From: an uncultured Acidobacteriaceae bacterium
GTDB taxonomy: Bacteria > Acidobacteriota > Terriglobia > Terriglobales > Acidobacteriaceae
NCBI GenBank assembly: GCA_963778535.1
Contig: CAVZUO010000001.1
Location: forward strand, 337,412 to 401,411
Direction: 5' to 3'
DNA: 64,000 nucleotides
In this document: positions 28,245-39,855 of the stretch, piece after piece
How the letters are laid out: every line of letters begins with the position of its first letter
How positions within the stretch are numbered: the stretch's first letter is position 1
Program-made: the position numbers and the translations under genes
The notes under the pieces: model-generated
Database searches by the model: none
What the model was told of the DNA's origin: nothing
What the model saw: only the letters and a program-made list of their open reading frames with translations

Positions 28245-29426
28245 CTATGCGATGCTCTCGATTGCGAGCGCCATGCCCATGCCTCCGCTAACGCAAAGTG
28301 TGGCGAGGCCGCGGCGGGCTTTACGCTTCAGCATCTCGTGGAGCAACGTGACGGTGATGCGCGCGCCCGTACTGCCGATGGGATGGCCGAGGGCGATGGC
28401 TCCGCCATTGACGTTGAGCTTGTCGCGATCGAAATGAAGCTCGCGGTCGCAGGCGAGGACCTGCGCGGCAAAGGCTTCGTTCAGTTCGACGAGGTCGAAA
28501 TCGGCGAGCTTCAGGTTGTCTTTCTGCTCCATTTTGCGAATAGCGGGAACAGGGCCAATTCCCATGGTGCGAGGATCGACTCCGGCGGCAGCGGCTGCGA
28601 GGATGCGCGCCAGCGGGCGGAGATTATTCGCGGCGACAAATTTCTCGCTGGCGAGAACGAGGGAAGCAGCGCCATCGGTGATGCCAGACGAATTGCCTGC
28701 GGTGATGGTTCCAGTTTTTGAAAACACCGGAGCGAGCTTGCCGAGTTTGTCGACTGAGGCGTCGGTGAAGAGATGCTCATCGCGAGAAAAAACGGTAGGG
28801 CCTTTTTTGCTCTCGATGGTTACGGGAACAATCTCGTCATCAAGGCGCCCGGCAGATTGCGCGTGGGCGGCGCGCTGTTGAGAGACAAGGGCGAATTGAT
28901 CCTGCTCATCGCGCGTGATTTTGTATTGCTCGGCCAGTACCTCGGCGGTTTCGCCCATCACCATTTTCGCAAGCGGACAGAAGAAACCGTCACGGTACAT
29001 GCCGTCGACGAGCGGCTGACTGCCGAGTCGATATCCCCAGCGCGCGCCGTCGAGATAATAAGGAACGCGAGACATGGACTCCGTTCCGCCGACGAGCACA
29101 CAGTCGTGATTGCCGATCATGATTTGTTCGAATCCGAGAGCGATGGATTTGAGGCCCGAAGCGCACGCCATGTTGACGGTGTAGGCCGTGACTTCCTGCG
29201 GGACGCCGCTGCGAATAGAAATTTGGCGGGCTGGGTTAGGACCGCCTCCAGCCTGGCGCGCGTTGCCGAAGATGGTTTCTTCGACCTGCGCTGGCTGGAT
29301 TCCGGCGCGCTCAATGGCGGCTTTGGCAGCGACTACACCCATGTCGACGGCCGTCTGCGAGGCAAGCGAACCTCCGAATTTGCCGATTGGCGTGCGCACG
29401 GCCGAGAGGATGTAGACGGGGTTCAC
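28245..29426 (-). CDS. Acetyl-CoA C-acetyltransferase (thiolase II)
   Basis: Start reassigned to the GTG at 29426 ([19 protein letters not shown]), giving about 393 aa. It has the active-site NMACASGL and a C-terminal [10 protein letters not shown]. The longer track ORF runs through a repeat element. Confidence 0.9.
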   Translation of the reverse strand: MNPVYILSAVRTPIGKFGGSLASQTAVDMGVVAAKAAIERAGIQPAQVEETIFGNARQAGGGPNPARQISIRSGVPQEVTAYTVNMACASGLKSIALGFEQIMIGNHDCVLVGGTESMSRVPYYLDGARWGYRLGSQPLVDGMYRDGFFCPLAKMVMGETAEVLAEQYKITRDEQDQFALVSQQRAAHAQSAGRLDDEIVPVTIESKKGPTVFSRDEHLFTDASVDKLGKLAPVFSKTGTITAGNSSGITDGAASLVLASEKFVAANNLRPLARILAAAAAGVDPRTMGIGPVPAIRKMEQKDNLKLADFDLVELNEAFAAQVLACDRELHFDRDKLNVNGGAIALGHPIGSTGARITVTLLHEMLKRKARRGLATLCVSGGMGMALAIESIA

Positions 29427-29523
29427 GAATTTTAGTCTAGCATCCGGTGAGGAGCGCAGAAGCGAAGAGATTGAACCCAAGGAAGGCGGTTGGGGCGCGG
29501 TACGAGGCCAAGTGCGAATAGCT

Positions 29524-29577
29524 GCGCGCAAGATCCCTCGCCCCGCCGGTAAAAGACGCGGGGTCTCGGGATGACGC
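29524..29577 (+). repeat. Repeat family A copy
   Basis: GCGCGCAAGATCCCTCGCCCCGCCGGTAAAAGACGCGGGGTCTCGGGATGACGCC. Confidence 0.75.
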
Positions 29578-29730
29578 CGGGTAATCGTTAGCTTAGGAGT
29601 CAAACGGCAGTACTGCCCGGAGGGGTGGAAATACGCGTGGGAAAATGGTGCTCCGCGTTACACTGATGGCTCGCGATCGATATGATCGCAGCAGACGCGG
29701 CAAGCCGCATATCTTCGTTAGATACTCTTT

Positions 29731-30492
29731 ATGAATACTCTCTATGGGATTAACACGGTTACGGAGGCGCTCAAGGCGCGGGGCCGCGCTTTTGAATGGG
29801 TAGGCGTGGCAAAGGAGCGGAACGACATCCGCTTGCAGCGCATTATTACCGAGTGCCGCAAGATCGGCGTTCCGGTTCGCGTGCTGACGCGCGTGGAACT
29901 GGATGAGCTAGCCGTTGCGGGGGCCCATCAGGGCGTGGTCGCGGTGACATCGGCGAAGCAATATACCGACCTTGATGACCTGGTGGCAGCGCGGCGCGGC
30001 GAGCACTCGCTGATCGTTGTGCTGGATGGCATCGAGGATCCGCACAACCTGGGCGCGATTCTGCGTACAGCGGATGCCGCGGGCGCGGACGGCGTGGTGA
30101 TTCCTGAGCGGCGATCGGCGGGCGTGACGGGCACTGTAGCGAAAACTTCGGCCGGCGCGAGCGAGCATCTGCCGGTGGCGAAGGTGACAAATATTTCGCG
30201 AGCGATCGAGGAGTTGAAGTCGAAAGAGCTGTGGGTAGTGGGCCTGGATGAGCGCGGCAAGCAAAGCTATGAGCAGGTCGATTACAAGATGCACTGCGCC
30301 ATAGTGCTGGGCGCCGAAGGCAAAGGGCTGCATGACCTGGTGCAGAGGCACTGCGACTTTCTCGTGTCGATCCCGATGCTGGGGCAAGTGCCGTCGCTGA
30401 ATGTTTCGGTGGCGGCAGGCGTGGTGCTTTACGAAGTGGTGCGGCAGAGAAGGTTGGGCGCATCGAAGTCGGGCGCATCCAAGAGATCATGA
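29731..30492 (+). CDS. rlmB: 23S rRNA (guanosine-2'-O)-methyltransferase RlmB (SpoU/TrmH family)
   Basis: N-terminal substrate-binding domain plus SpoU motifs EDPHNLGAILRTA, VLGAEGKGL and IPMLGQVPSLNVSVAAGV. Confidence 0.85.
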   Translation: MNTLYGINTVTEALKARGRAFEWVGVAKERNDIRLQRIITECRKIGVPVRVLTRVELDELAVAGAHQGVVAVTSAKQYTDLDDLVAARRGEHSLIVVLDGIEDPHNLGAILRTADAAGADGVVIPERRSAGVTGTVAKTSAGASEHLPVAKVTNISRAIEELKSKELWVVGLDERGKQSYEQVDYKMHCAIVLGAEGKGLHDLVQRHCDFLVSIPMLGQVPSLNVSVAAGVVLYEVVRQRRLGASKSGASKRS

Positions 30493-32234
30493 AGTTTCGC
30501 TCGCTTATCGCCGCCGTAGGGCTTTTCAGTCTTGCTAGCTCTTCTTTCTCTCTTGCTGCGCTGAACCGCGAAGCCTTTACCATCACGAAATATGATCTGC
30601 GAGTCCGGCTCGATCCGGAGCAGCACCGGCTGGAGGCGCGCGGCAAAATCACTGTGCGCAATGATTCGGCGCAGCCACAAAAAAATATAGCGTTGCAGAT
30701 TTCGTCCTCGCTGGGCTGGCGGATGATACGGGTCGGAGAGAAGACCGTCCAATTTGTGTCGCAGCCATTCGCTTCCGATATCGACCACACAGGCGCGCTT
30801 TCTGAAGCGATTGTGACGCTGCCCTCCGAGGCTAAGCCGAAGGACTCGATTGAACTGGAGATCGGGTATGAAGGAGTGATTCCTCTGGATATGACGCGGC
30901 TGACGCGCGTGGGCATACCGGAGAACATTGCCAAGCACAGCAGTTGGGACCAGATTGGATGGTCATTTACGGCCGTGCGCGGTGCGGGATATGTAGCGTG
31001 GTATCCGATAACGACGGAGTCGGCGGATTTTTCGGAGGGCAATAGCTTGTTTGAAGTTACGAATCGCTGGAAGGCACGCGAGGCAGGGAGCGAATTCCAT
31101 GCGAGCTTCGAATGGCCGTCCGGAGAGGGTGAACCAGCGTCGGCGTTGCTGTGCGCGGGCCAATCTAGTGCGGGCGTGGCCAAGGATAATTCGCGGCCGG
31201 GAGCTAAGGCGCCGTCTGTTTCTGTTGCCGATTGCGGGTGGAAAGAACTCGGCTTGGTATCGCCGAGTTTCGTATTGGCAGACTACAAAGTTTCGACGAG
31301 AGGTCCACTGGGTGTGTTTGCGCTGGCGGGAGATGAAGCCGGTGCTCACACTTATATGGAAGCCCTGGAACCGGCGAACAAATTTGTCACGGAATGGTTC
31401 GGCAAACCGACGGCGCCAATTGCGATTGCCGACCTTGCCGATTCCCACGCGGCTCCATTTGAGAGTGGGACATTATTAATGGTGTCGTTGAATGAGGACG
31501 ACACGAAGCTGGCCGGCAGCAACCTGGTGCATGAACTGGTGCATTCGGCGCTGAGTTCTCCGCGGCCGTGGATTGCGGAAGGACTGGCGCATTTTGCTGA
31601 GGCTCTCTACCGCGAGCAGCAAGGGGGGCGGCAGGCGGCGCTCGATCTTCTTGGATTGCATCGCGGCGCATTTCTGGATTCGGAAAAAGATGTTACGCCG
31701 AGCCATGGCGGCGAGGCTCTCTTGACGACATTTGATGAAACGTATTACCGCAGCAAGGCCGCTTATGTTTGGTGGATGCTGCGCGACATGATTAGTCCGG
31801 CCGCGCTAAAAGAGGCAATTGGGAATTATCGCGCGGGGGACGACAGCGATCCGAAGTATATGGAGCGGTTGCTCGAAGCTGCGTCGAAGCGCGACCTGGG
31901 CTGGTTTTTCGATGACTGGGTTTATCACGACCGGGGGCTGCCGGATTTTCGAGTGCAGTCTGCGCATCCATGGCAGGGGTCGAACGACAAGGGCGCGCAA
32001 GAAGTGCCGATGGTGACGATTACACTTGAGAATCTCGGGGCGGCGGGAGCGGAGGTGCCGTTCACGGTCCGATGCGAGACCAGCGAAGCTTCGGGGCGTG
32101 TCGAGATCCGCGCGAAGAGCACGGCTACAACGCGGATGCAGCTTGCTTGCGCGCCGGTGGAAGTCGTGGTCAATGATGGCAGCGTGCCCGAGAGTGATTT
32201 GACAAATAATGTGTTCAAGGTCCCCGCGCCGTAG
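30489..32234 (+). CDS. Secreted M1-type (gluzincin) metallopeptidase-like protein
   Basis: Signal peptide, and HELVH followed by a Glu at exactly 19 residues after the second His (HExxH-x18-E). The 4-nt overlap with rlmB suggests co-transcription. Confidence 0.7.
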   Translation: MKFRSLIAAVGLFSLASSSFSLAALNREAFTITKYDLRVRLDPEQHRLEARGKITVRNDSAQPQKNIALQISSSLGWRMIRVGEKTVQFVSQPFASDIDHTGALSEAIVTLPSEAKPKDSIELEIGYEGVIPLDMTRLTRVGIPENIAKHSSWDQIGWSFTAVRGAGYVAWYPITTESADFSEGNSLFEVTNRWKAREAGSEFHASFEWPSGEGEPASALLCAGQSSAGVAKDNSRPGAKAPSVSVADCGWKELGLVSPSFVLADYKVSTRGPLGVFALAGDEAGAHTYMEALEPANKFVTEWFGKPTAPIAIADLADSHAAPFESGTLLMVSLNEDDTKLAGSNLVHELVHSALSSPRPWIAEGLAHFAEALYREQQGGRQAALDLLGLHRGAFLDSEKDVTPSHGGEALLTTFDETYYRSKAAYVWWMLRDMISPAALKEAIGNYRAGDDSDPKYMERLLEAASKRDLGWFFDDWVYHDRGLPDFRVQSAHPWQGSNDKGAQEVPMVTITLENLGAAGAEVPFTVRCETSEASGRVEIRAKSTATTRMQLACAPVEVVVNDGSVPESDLTNNVFKVPAP

Positions 32235-32238
32235 ATCG

Positions 32239-32374
32239 AGGTTAGAAGTTAGAGGTCAGATTGAAGAGGTAGAAAACCACAAGAAGGCGTTATCCAAAGG
32301 CGCTCGCTGCTGAGGTTAGGCCGCAACGGCCGAAAGATGTTGTTTTTGCCTCTGCAATCTGACCTCTGACCTTT
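32239..32374. repeat. Repeat family B, two inverted arms separated by about 75 nt
   Basis: GAGGTTAGAAGTTAGAGGTCAGATTGAAGAGGT at 32239-32271 and CCTCTGCAATCTGACCTCTGACC at 32349-32371. Confidence 0.75.
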
Positions 32375-32405
32375 GTAGGCTTCTTGTTCACGCAGGGGAG
32401 GATAT

Positions 32406-33851
32406 TTGCCTTACATCCAGTTTCTCGGCGCGGCAGGTACCGTGACTGGCTCCAAACATTTGATCAACACAAACGGCGATTTGAGCCGGAAGCATGGGTT
32501 TCAGCTTCTGATTGATTGCGGTTTGTTCCAGGGGCGAAGGGAGTGGCAGGAGCGCAACTGGCAGGATATGCCAGTGCCGGCCACAGAAATCAATGCGGTG
32601 GTGCTGACGCACGCACACCTGGATCACTGCGGCTGGATTCCTCGGCTGGTGAAAGAAGGCTTCCACGGCCCGATCTACGCGACCCAGCCGACCATCGATC
32701 TGTGTTCGGTTGTGCTTCCGGATTCCGGGCATCTGCAGGAAGAAGATGCCGCGTTCCACAACAAGAAAGGGACATCCAAACACCAGCCGGCCTTACCGCT
32801 TTACACGCTGGAAGAGGCGCAAGCGTGCCTGCAGTCCTTCAAGGCTGTCACGGTGGAGACCACCATTGCGCTCAGTCCAGAGCTTTCGTTTCGCTTCGTG
32901 CCGGCAGCACACATTTTGGGCTCCTGCATGGCGGAGCTCACGGTAAGCAAACGGGGGCAGACGCGCCGTTTGCTTTTCACCGGGGACATTGGGCGTGTGC
33001 GCGACAGCGAGATTGCGCCCGGCAAAGTTGTTCACTCCGGGCCACCGGCGGGGGAATCCGCGGACTTGCTGGTGATGGAATCAACCTATGGGAATCGTGA
33101 GCATCCGGAGACCGATCCGCGGCCTGAACTTGCACGCTACATCCGGCAAACAGTGGCGCGCGGAGGCAGCGTTATTGTTCCGGCGTTTGCCGTGGAACGC
33201 ACGCAGAAATTCCTCTTCATTTTGAAAGCGCTGATGGAAGCGGAGCAGATTCCACGAACGCCCGTTTATTGCGACAGCCCGATGGCGATTAGGGCGGTCG
33301 AAATCTTTCTTAAGCACTCGGAAGAGTACACGCCGCAGGCGGCTGAGTTGATCAAGAAATATGGCTCGCCGCTCGGATGGCCGGGCTTTACTTTTGCATT
33401 GACGCCGGAGGAGTCGAAGAAGATCAACGAGAGCCATTTTCCCTCCATCATTATTTCTTCGAGCGGCATGGTTTCAGGCGGGCGCATTCTGCACCACATG
33501 GCGCAGCGGCTGCCAGACCCGCGAAACCTTGTAATCTTCATAGGCTTTCAAGCGCCGGGAACGCGCGGGGCTGTTATTAAAGATGGCGCAAAAGAAGTGA
33601 AGATATTCGGGCAGTTCATTCCGATCCGCGCCCAGATTGTGGCGTTTGAACAGTTCAGCGACCATGCAGATCCCAAGGAACTGCTGGAATGGCTGCGAAC
33701 GTTCAAGAGCAAGCCCGGCATTACATACCTGGTGCACGGAGAGCCGCAAGCGTCGTCGCAGCTGCGCGAGCTGATAAAGAGAGAATTGCGGTGGAAAGTG
33801 GAGGTGGCGGAGTATATGGAAAAGGTGTCGATTTTTCCGACTGCTTCTTAG
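32406..33851 (+). CDS. MBL-fold beta-CASP hydrolase (RNA-metabolising metallo-beta-lactamase family)
   Basis: TTG start, LTHAHLDHCG (HxHxDH), then a beta-CASP insertion and the C-terminal ...FSDHAD... motif. Confidence 0.8.
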   Translation: MPYIQFLGAAGTVTGSKHLINTNGDLSRKHGFQLLIDCGLFQGRREWQERNWQDMPVPATEINAVVLTHAHLDHCGWIPRLVKEGFHGPIYATQPTIDLCSVVLPDSGHLQEEDAAFHNKKGTSKHQPALPLYTLEEAQACLQSFKAVTVETTIALSPELSFRFVPAAHILGSCMAELTVSKRGQTRRLLFTGDIGRVRDSEIAPGKVVHSGPPAGESADLLVMESTYGNREHPETDPRPELARYIRQTVARGGSVIVPAFAVERTQKFLFILKALMEAEQIPRTPVYCDSPMAIRAVEIFLKHSEEYTPQAAELIKKYGSPLGWPGFTFALTPEESKKINESHFPSIIISSSGMVSGGRILHHMAQRLPDPRNLVIFIGFQAPGTRGAVIKDGAKEVKIFGQFIPIRAQIVAFEQFSDHADPKELLEWLRTFKSKPGITYLVHGEPQASSQLRELIKRELRWKVEVAEYMEKVSIFPTAS

Positions 33852-34060
33852 TGACCGCACAGGCTTTCCAACTGCACGCCAGGTTGCATGCCTTCCCGTC
33901 GCTAAACCATCTCAGCGCCCCGCGGACGCGCCTTCCGCGAAACTACTGGCGATTAACGCCCATCTCGAATGGTCACTTCTGCCCGTGCGTTCGATCACTG
34001 ACAAGACGGTTCGCTATAGGATATCCCCAAACTGGGGGATAGGATCGACTGGCAGGCACA

Positions 34061-34549
34061 ATGCAAATTACACGCGCAACCGATTATGCGGTACGAATCA
34101 TGATCTACCTGGCCGCTTTGCCGGATATGCGGATTGCGGTGCCGGACCTGGCGCGTGGGATTCAAGCGCCCGAGAGCTTCGTGTCGAAGATTCTGCAGCA
34201 ACTGGCGCAGCACGGCATGGTGAGTTCGCACCGTGGGAGCGGCGGAGGATTTCAGCTCAGCGTGGATCCAGAAAAAGTTTCGCTGTTGGATGTAGTCGAG
34301 ACCGTTGAAGGTCCTGTCCAGATTAATTTGTGTTCGCCGGGCGAGGCGGGGTGCGACCGGAGTTCGTGGTGCGGGGCTCATCCAATCTGGAACGAAGCCC
34401 AGGCGGCGTTAAAGAATGTGCTGGCAGGCGCGACAATTGCCCAATTGGCAAGTGAGACGGTTACGAATGCCGCCAAATTTGAGCAGGAAAATGACGGGCT
34501 TCAGATCAGGCCCGTGCCGCCGGTTCGCCCGAAACGCCGCCAGACTTAG
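34061..34549 (+). CDS. Rrf2-family transcriptional regulator with a Cys triad
   Basis: MQITRATDYAVRIMIYLA winged-helix start. NLCSPGEAGCDRSSWC gives a C-x6-C-x5-C triad as in Fe-S-binding Rrf2 members. Confidence 0.85.
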   Translation: MQITRATDYAVRIMIYLAALPDMRIAVPDLARGIQAPESFVSKILQQLAQHGMVSSHRGSGGGFQLSVDPEKVSLLDVVETVEGPVQINLCSPGEAGCDRSSWCGAHPIWNEAQAALKNVLAGATIAQLASETVTNAAKFEQENDGLQIRPVPPVRPKRRQT

Positions 34550-34752
34550 TGGCAGGATGCGGGGGAACAACTCTGGGGACAAACATAAGTTACTTGGATT
34601 GCGATTCTGGCCTGCGTGCGGAGGAATCGGCGTCAGCCGCTCTCGCGCTTGTAAAAATGCACCCGCTCGGCGGGCTTTTGACAGATAATAGCTCCGGCCC
34701 CAAAAGCTGTTTTTTCGCAACTTAGTAAGGGCGCAACATTCAGATAGATAGT

Positions 34753-35943
34753 ATGCCGTTGGCTAACCCCACCTCAGAGGAACACCCCAGCCCTAGCCAA
34801 TCCCCTTCGTGCGACGCGGGTCTGGAAGTCGTTTCGGAAGCGCAACAGCGTCCGCCATGGCGCATCGCTGGCTTGCTGGTGATTGTGACTGTGGCGGCCG
34901 TGCTTGGGTTTTTGATCATTGGGTTTTTGATCAAGGGCAGGCACAGGCCGAGCGAGGCTAGTAATAACAGCTTACAGGTCGCGCAACCAGCCACGGCCAC
35001 CACCCTCCGCTTGAAAGGAACGACGGAGGCAATTCAGTCCCGATCCATTCTGGCTCCAACGTTATCGGGGCAGGAAGTCGCGACGCTCACAATCACGAAA
35101 CTTCTGCCTTCAGGGAAACGGGTGAAGCGCGGCGAGTTATTAGTTGAATTTGATCGGCAGGCCCAGCTTCGTGACTATCTCGATAAGGAGGCGGAGTACA
35201 ACAAACTGGTCGGCCAGGTTGCAGAAGAGCGCGCGAAAGAAAATGCGGCGCGCGCCAAAGATGAAACCGAGCTTCATCAGGCTGAAAGTGATTTAAAGTC
35301 TGCCGAACTCGATATGAAAAAGATCGAGTTGCTGTCGCGCATCGACGCGGAAAAGGCCGAGGAGACACTCGAACAGGCGAAGGCAACCGCGGAGCAGTTG
35401 AAAGATACGTTTGGCCTAAAACGCAAGGCGGCACTTGCTGCCATCCGAATTCTCGAGATTCAACGAGACCGGACGCGAAGCATTATGGAAAACGCGCGAC
35501 TGAATTCGGAGCTAATGCAGATCCGCTCGCCGCTGGACGGTGTGGTGGTACTGAATATGATCTGGAAAAACGGACGCCCCGGCGAGGCGCAGGAAGGCGA
35601 CCAGGTAAAGCCCGGCGTAGCGTTTATGCGGGTCGTCGATCCTTCGGCGATGCAGGTACACGTGCCGGTGAATCAGGAAGATATTCTTGGGCTTAAGATC
35701 GGCCAGACGGCGCAGGTGCGACTAGACGCCTATCCTGATCTCGTACTCGCCAGCCGGCTCGAGCAGATTGCTCCCGTCGGCCGAAATGGCGATTTCTCCT
35801 CCAAGGTTCGCACATTTTCTGCGGTGTTCTCAATCCAGGGCAGCGATCCTAGGTTGATGCCGGACCTTTCCGCAGCGGTGGATGTGCTGCCGGATGATCT
35901 GGTGGCGGACGATACTTCCAGACCGGGGAGCACGCAGCCGTGA
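34753..35943 (+). CDS. HlyD-family periplasmic adaptor (membrane fusion protein), paralogue 1
   Basis: N-terminal TM helix, lipoyl-like segment, long A/E/K/Q-rich coiled coil and beta-barrel (IRSPLDGVV...). Confidence 0.75.
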   Translation: MPLANPTSEEHPSPSQSPSCDAGLEVVSEAQQRPPWRIAGLLVIVTVAAVLGFLIIGFLIKGRHRPSEASNNSLQVAQPATATTLRLKGTTEAIQSRSILAPTLSGQEVATLTITKLLPSGKRVKRGELLVEFDRQAQLRDYLDKEAEYNKLVGQVAEERAKENAARAKDETELHQAESDLKSAELDMKKIELLSRIDAEKAEETLEQAKATAEQLKDTFGLKRKAALAAIRILEIQRDRTRSIMENARLNSELMQIRSPLDGVVVLNMIWKNGRPGEAQEGDQVKPGVAFMRVVDPSAMQVHVPVNQEDILGLKIGQTAQVRLDAYPDLVLASRLEQIAPVGRNGDFSSKVRTFSAVFSIQGSDPRLMPDLSAAVDVLPDDLVADDTSRPGSTQP

Positions 35944-37190
35944 ATGCGAAGGCCAATTCTCGTCTCTGGGGCAGGATTCGGATACCGCTAGTGGCGGTAG
36001 TTTTGTTAGTAGCCGGCGCCGTGGTGCTCGCTGCGGGCAGGTTAGGAACTCGGCAGCCCGACGTTCCCACTGCGGAAGTGAAGCTCGGAGAATTCACCGA
36101 CTCGCTGTCGATGCGCGGCGAGATCAAAGCCTTCCGATCACTCTCTCTTGCGGCTCCCGCTGAGGCCGGGGATCTGCAAATCGTCAAGATTATTGATGAT
36201 GGCTCGCAGGTGAAAACGGGCGATCCGGTAGTGGAATTCGATAAGACCCGCACGGAGCAAGACCTCGCTCAATACAGATCGGCTCTTAAATCCGCGGAGG
36301 CGGAAATTGAGCAGGCGCGTGCCCAGGCGCGCTTGAGCGAAGAAGAGGACGTCACGGCCGTCATGAAAGCGAAGTATGACGTGGAATCGGCCAAGCTCGA
36401 AGCCAGCAAACAAGAAATCATCTCGGTAATCGAAGGCGAAAAGAACCGGCTGAAAGTCACCGATGCCGAGCAGAGGCTGCGCGAAGCCGAGGAAAAGCAG
36501 AAGTCCGACCGCAGCGCCAGTCAGGCCGCGATTGAGGACAAGATACAGGCCAGCAAAAAGGCATCGTTCGATGTTGAGCGAGCCGAGCGCGCTCTGCGCG
36601 AAATGACACTGCGCGCACCGCAAGCCGGCGTGATTTCGCTGCTCCAGCTTTGGCGTGGCGATGGCATGAAGGTTTTCAAGACCGGCGATCGGGCGTGGCC
36701 CGGTGCGCCGATTGCGGAAATACCCGATATCTCCACACTACGCGTACATGCCCGAGTCGACGAGACGGAACGCGGCCGATTGAAGAAAGGACAACTCGCC
36801 AACGTCCAAATGGATGCAATTCCAGATCGGCAGTTTACCGGCCATATCGACATGATCAGCTCCGCTGCGACTATGGATTTTTCGGGAGGTTGGCCGTTCC
36901 CGAATAATTTTGATGTGCAGATACTGTTAGATCAGAACGACAACAGGATCAAACCCGGGCTGAATGCACAACTCAGCATCGTGACCGATGAGTTCTTAAA
37001 TGTGCTGTCAATCCCCGCTCAAGCTGCTTTTCAAAAATCGGGACGGACCATTGCTTATGTTTTTCGCGGCGCGAAGTTTCAGGAGCAGGAAATCCAGGCC
37101 AGCCGCCGCAGCGGCGACCGCATTCTGGTGGAGCAAGGCTTGCGGGCAGGAGACCGTGTAGCGTTGAAGGATCCTGCGGGCAAAGAGTGA
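35940..37190 (+). CDS. HlyD-family periplasmic adaptor, paralogue 2
   Basis: Same architecture (TM, coiled coil, LRAPQAGVI...). Its GTG start overlaps the stop of paralogue 1 (GTGA). Confidence 0.75.
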   Translation: MNAKANSRLWGRIRIPLVAVVLLVAGAVVLAAGRLGTRQPDVPTAEVKLGEFTDSLSMRGEIKAFRSLSLAAPAEAGDLQIVKIIDDGSQVKTGDPVVEFDKTRTEQDLAQYRSALKSAEAEIEQARAQARLSEEEDVTAVMKAKYDVESAKLEASKQEIISVIEGEKNRLKVTDAEQRLREAEEKQKSDRSASQAAIEDKIQASKKASFDVERAERALREMTLRAPQAGVISLLQLWRGDGMKVFKTGDRAWPGAPIAEIPDISTLRVHARVDETERGRLKKGQLANVQMDAIPDRQFTGHIDMISSAATMDFSGGWPFPNNFDVQILLDQNDNRIKPGLNAQLSIVTDEFLNVLSIPAQAAFQKSGRTIAYVFRGAKFQEQEIQASRRSGDRILVEQGLRAGDRVALKDPAGKE

Positions 37191-37200
37191 GATTCAATTG

Positions 37201-38507
37201 ATGAAGGCCTCTCGCAATCTGTGGCGTGGTTTGGGCGTGGTGGCGCTATTGCTACTCGGCATCGCCGGCAGTAGAGCTGTGGCCCGGTGGTCGACGACCG
37301 CGTCGGCCGACGATGAAGTTCCAACGGTTCGCGTTGAGAGAGGGGACCTCATTCCGCGAATCTACGCCACGGGAGAAGTTCGGGCAGTGCATTCCGAAAT
37401 GCTGACTGCACCCCAAATCGGCGGAGGCGCACTGCAGATTACTCATCTGGTGCACACCGGTGCGCGCATAAAGAAGGACGAGATCGTAATTGAGTTTGAC
37501 CCCAGCGAACAGCAGTTCAAGCTTGAGCAAAGCCGCTCCGAACTCGAACAGGCGGACCAGGAAATTATTAAAGCGAAGGCCGATGCCGCGGTGCAGGGGG
37601 CGAATGACAAAGTGGCATTGCTGAAAGCGCGCTTCGATGTTCGCCGCGCGGAATTGGAAGTCGGTAAGAACGAACTCGTCAGCGCCATCGACGCCAAGAA
37701 AAACAACCTGGCGCTCGAGCAAGCGCAGCGTGTGCTCGCGCAACAGGAGCAGGATATTAAGTCACACTCGGCTTCCGGGCAGGCAACCATCAGCGTTGCT
37801 GAAGAGAAGCGGCACAAAGCCACGCTGGCCATGGAGCAGGCGCAGGAGAATATCGAAAAAATGAAGGTGCGCGCTCCCATGGACGGTGTGGTTGCCATCG
37901 AGAAAAATACTGGAGGAGATTTCTTTTTTTGGGGGATGTCACTGCCGGACTATCACGAAGGCGATCAGACGCGCGCGGGCGCAACTGTAGCCCGCATTAT
38001 TGAACCTGGAGAGATGGAGGTTTCGGCAAACCTTAGCGAGCAGGATCGCAGCAATGTAACCGTGGGCCAGAGCGCGGAAATAAAGCTCGACGCATTGCCC
38101 GGCCACGTATTTCATGGTGTCGTGAAAACCGTGGCAGGAATGGCCAACAAAACCTTCTGGAACGACGATCCGGTTGGGCACTTTGAAGCAGTAATCCGCC
38201 TGCCGGACTCGGACTCGCGCGTTCGTGCGGGATTTACGGTGAAGGTTGTGATTGCCGGCGAAGCGCGGAAGAACGTCCTCTGCCTGCCGCGACAAGCGAT
38301 ATTTACCAACAATGCGAAGCGCATCGTTTATGTAAAGAACGGAAACCAATTCGAGGCGCAAGGCATTCAAGTGATCGCTGAAACTGAAAGCCGGGCTGCC
38401 GTCGATGGTTTGAGGGCAGGCACGGAGGTCGCCTTCGTGAATCCGACTGTTTTACAGAAAAACTCAGGGACATCAGCCGATTCAGCACTCGCCGGGGGAT
38501 TGCGCTG

Positions 38508-38508
<1 letters not shown>
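37201..38508 (+). CDS. HlyD-family periplasmic adaptor, paralogue 3
   Basis: Same architecture (VRAPMDGVV...). The ATG at 37201 lies 3 nt inside the track ORF. Its stop overlaps the permease start (TGATG). Confidence 0.75.
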
Positions 38509-39806
<1,298 letters not shown>

Positions 39807-39855
39807 AACCGCGTGGCCGGATTTGAGCGGAATCTCTTTAATCGGAGAATGAGAA

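Noticed and set aside
29427-29603. 59-codon N-terminal extension of the thiolase ORF, and similarly 21225-21326 for the kinase
   Set aside because: The extensions are translations of dispersed repeat elements. Canonical family N-termini begin at 29426 (GTG) and 21224 (ATG).
29846-31183. 445-aa ORF on the minus strand
   Set aside because: It is antisense to rlmB and the M1-type peptidase. It is an Arg/Pro/Ser-rich shadow ORF, and the sense genes carry clear family motifs.
34014-34045. Inverted repeat ATCCCC-N6-GGGGAT with flanking ATAGGAT direct repeats just upstream of the Rrf2 gene, a possible auto-operator
   Set aside because: The arms are only 6 bp, which is well within chance expectation. 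It is not supportable without comparative data.
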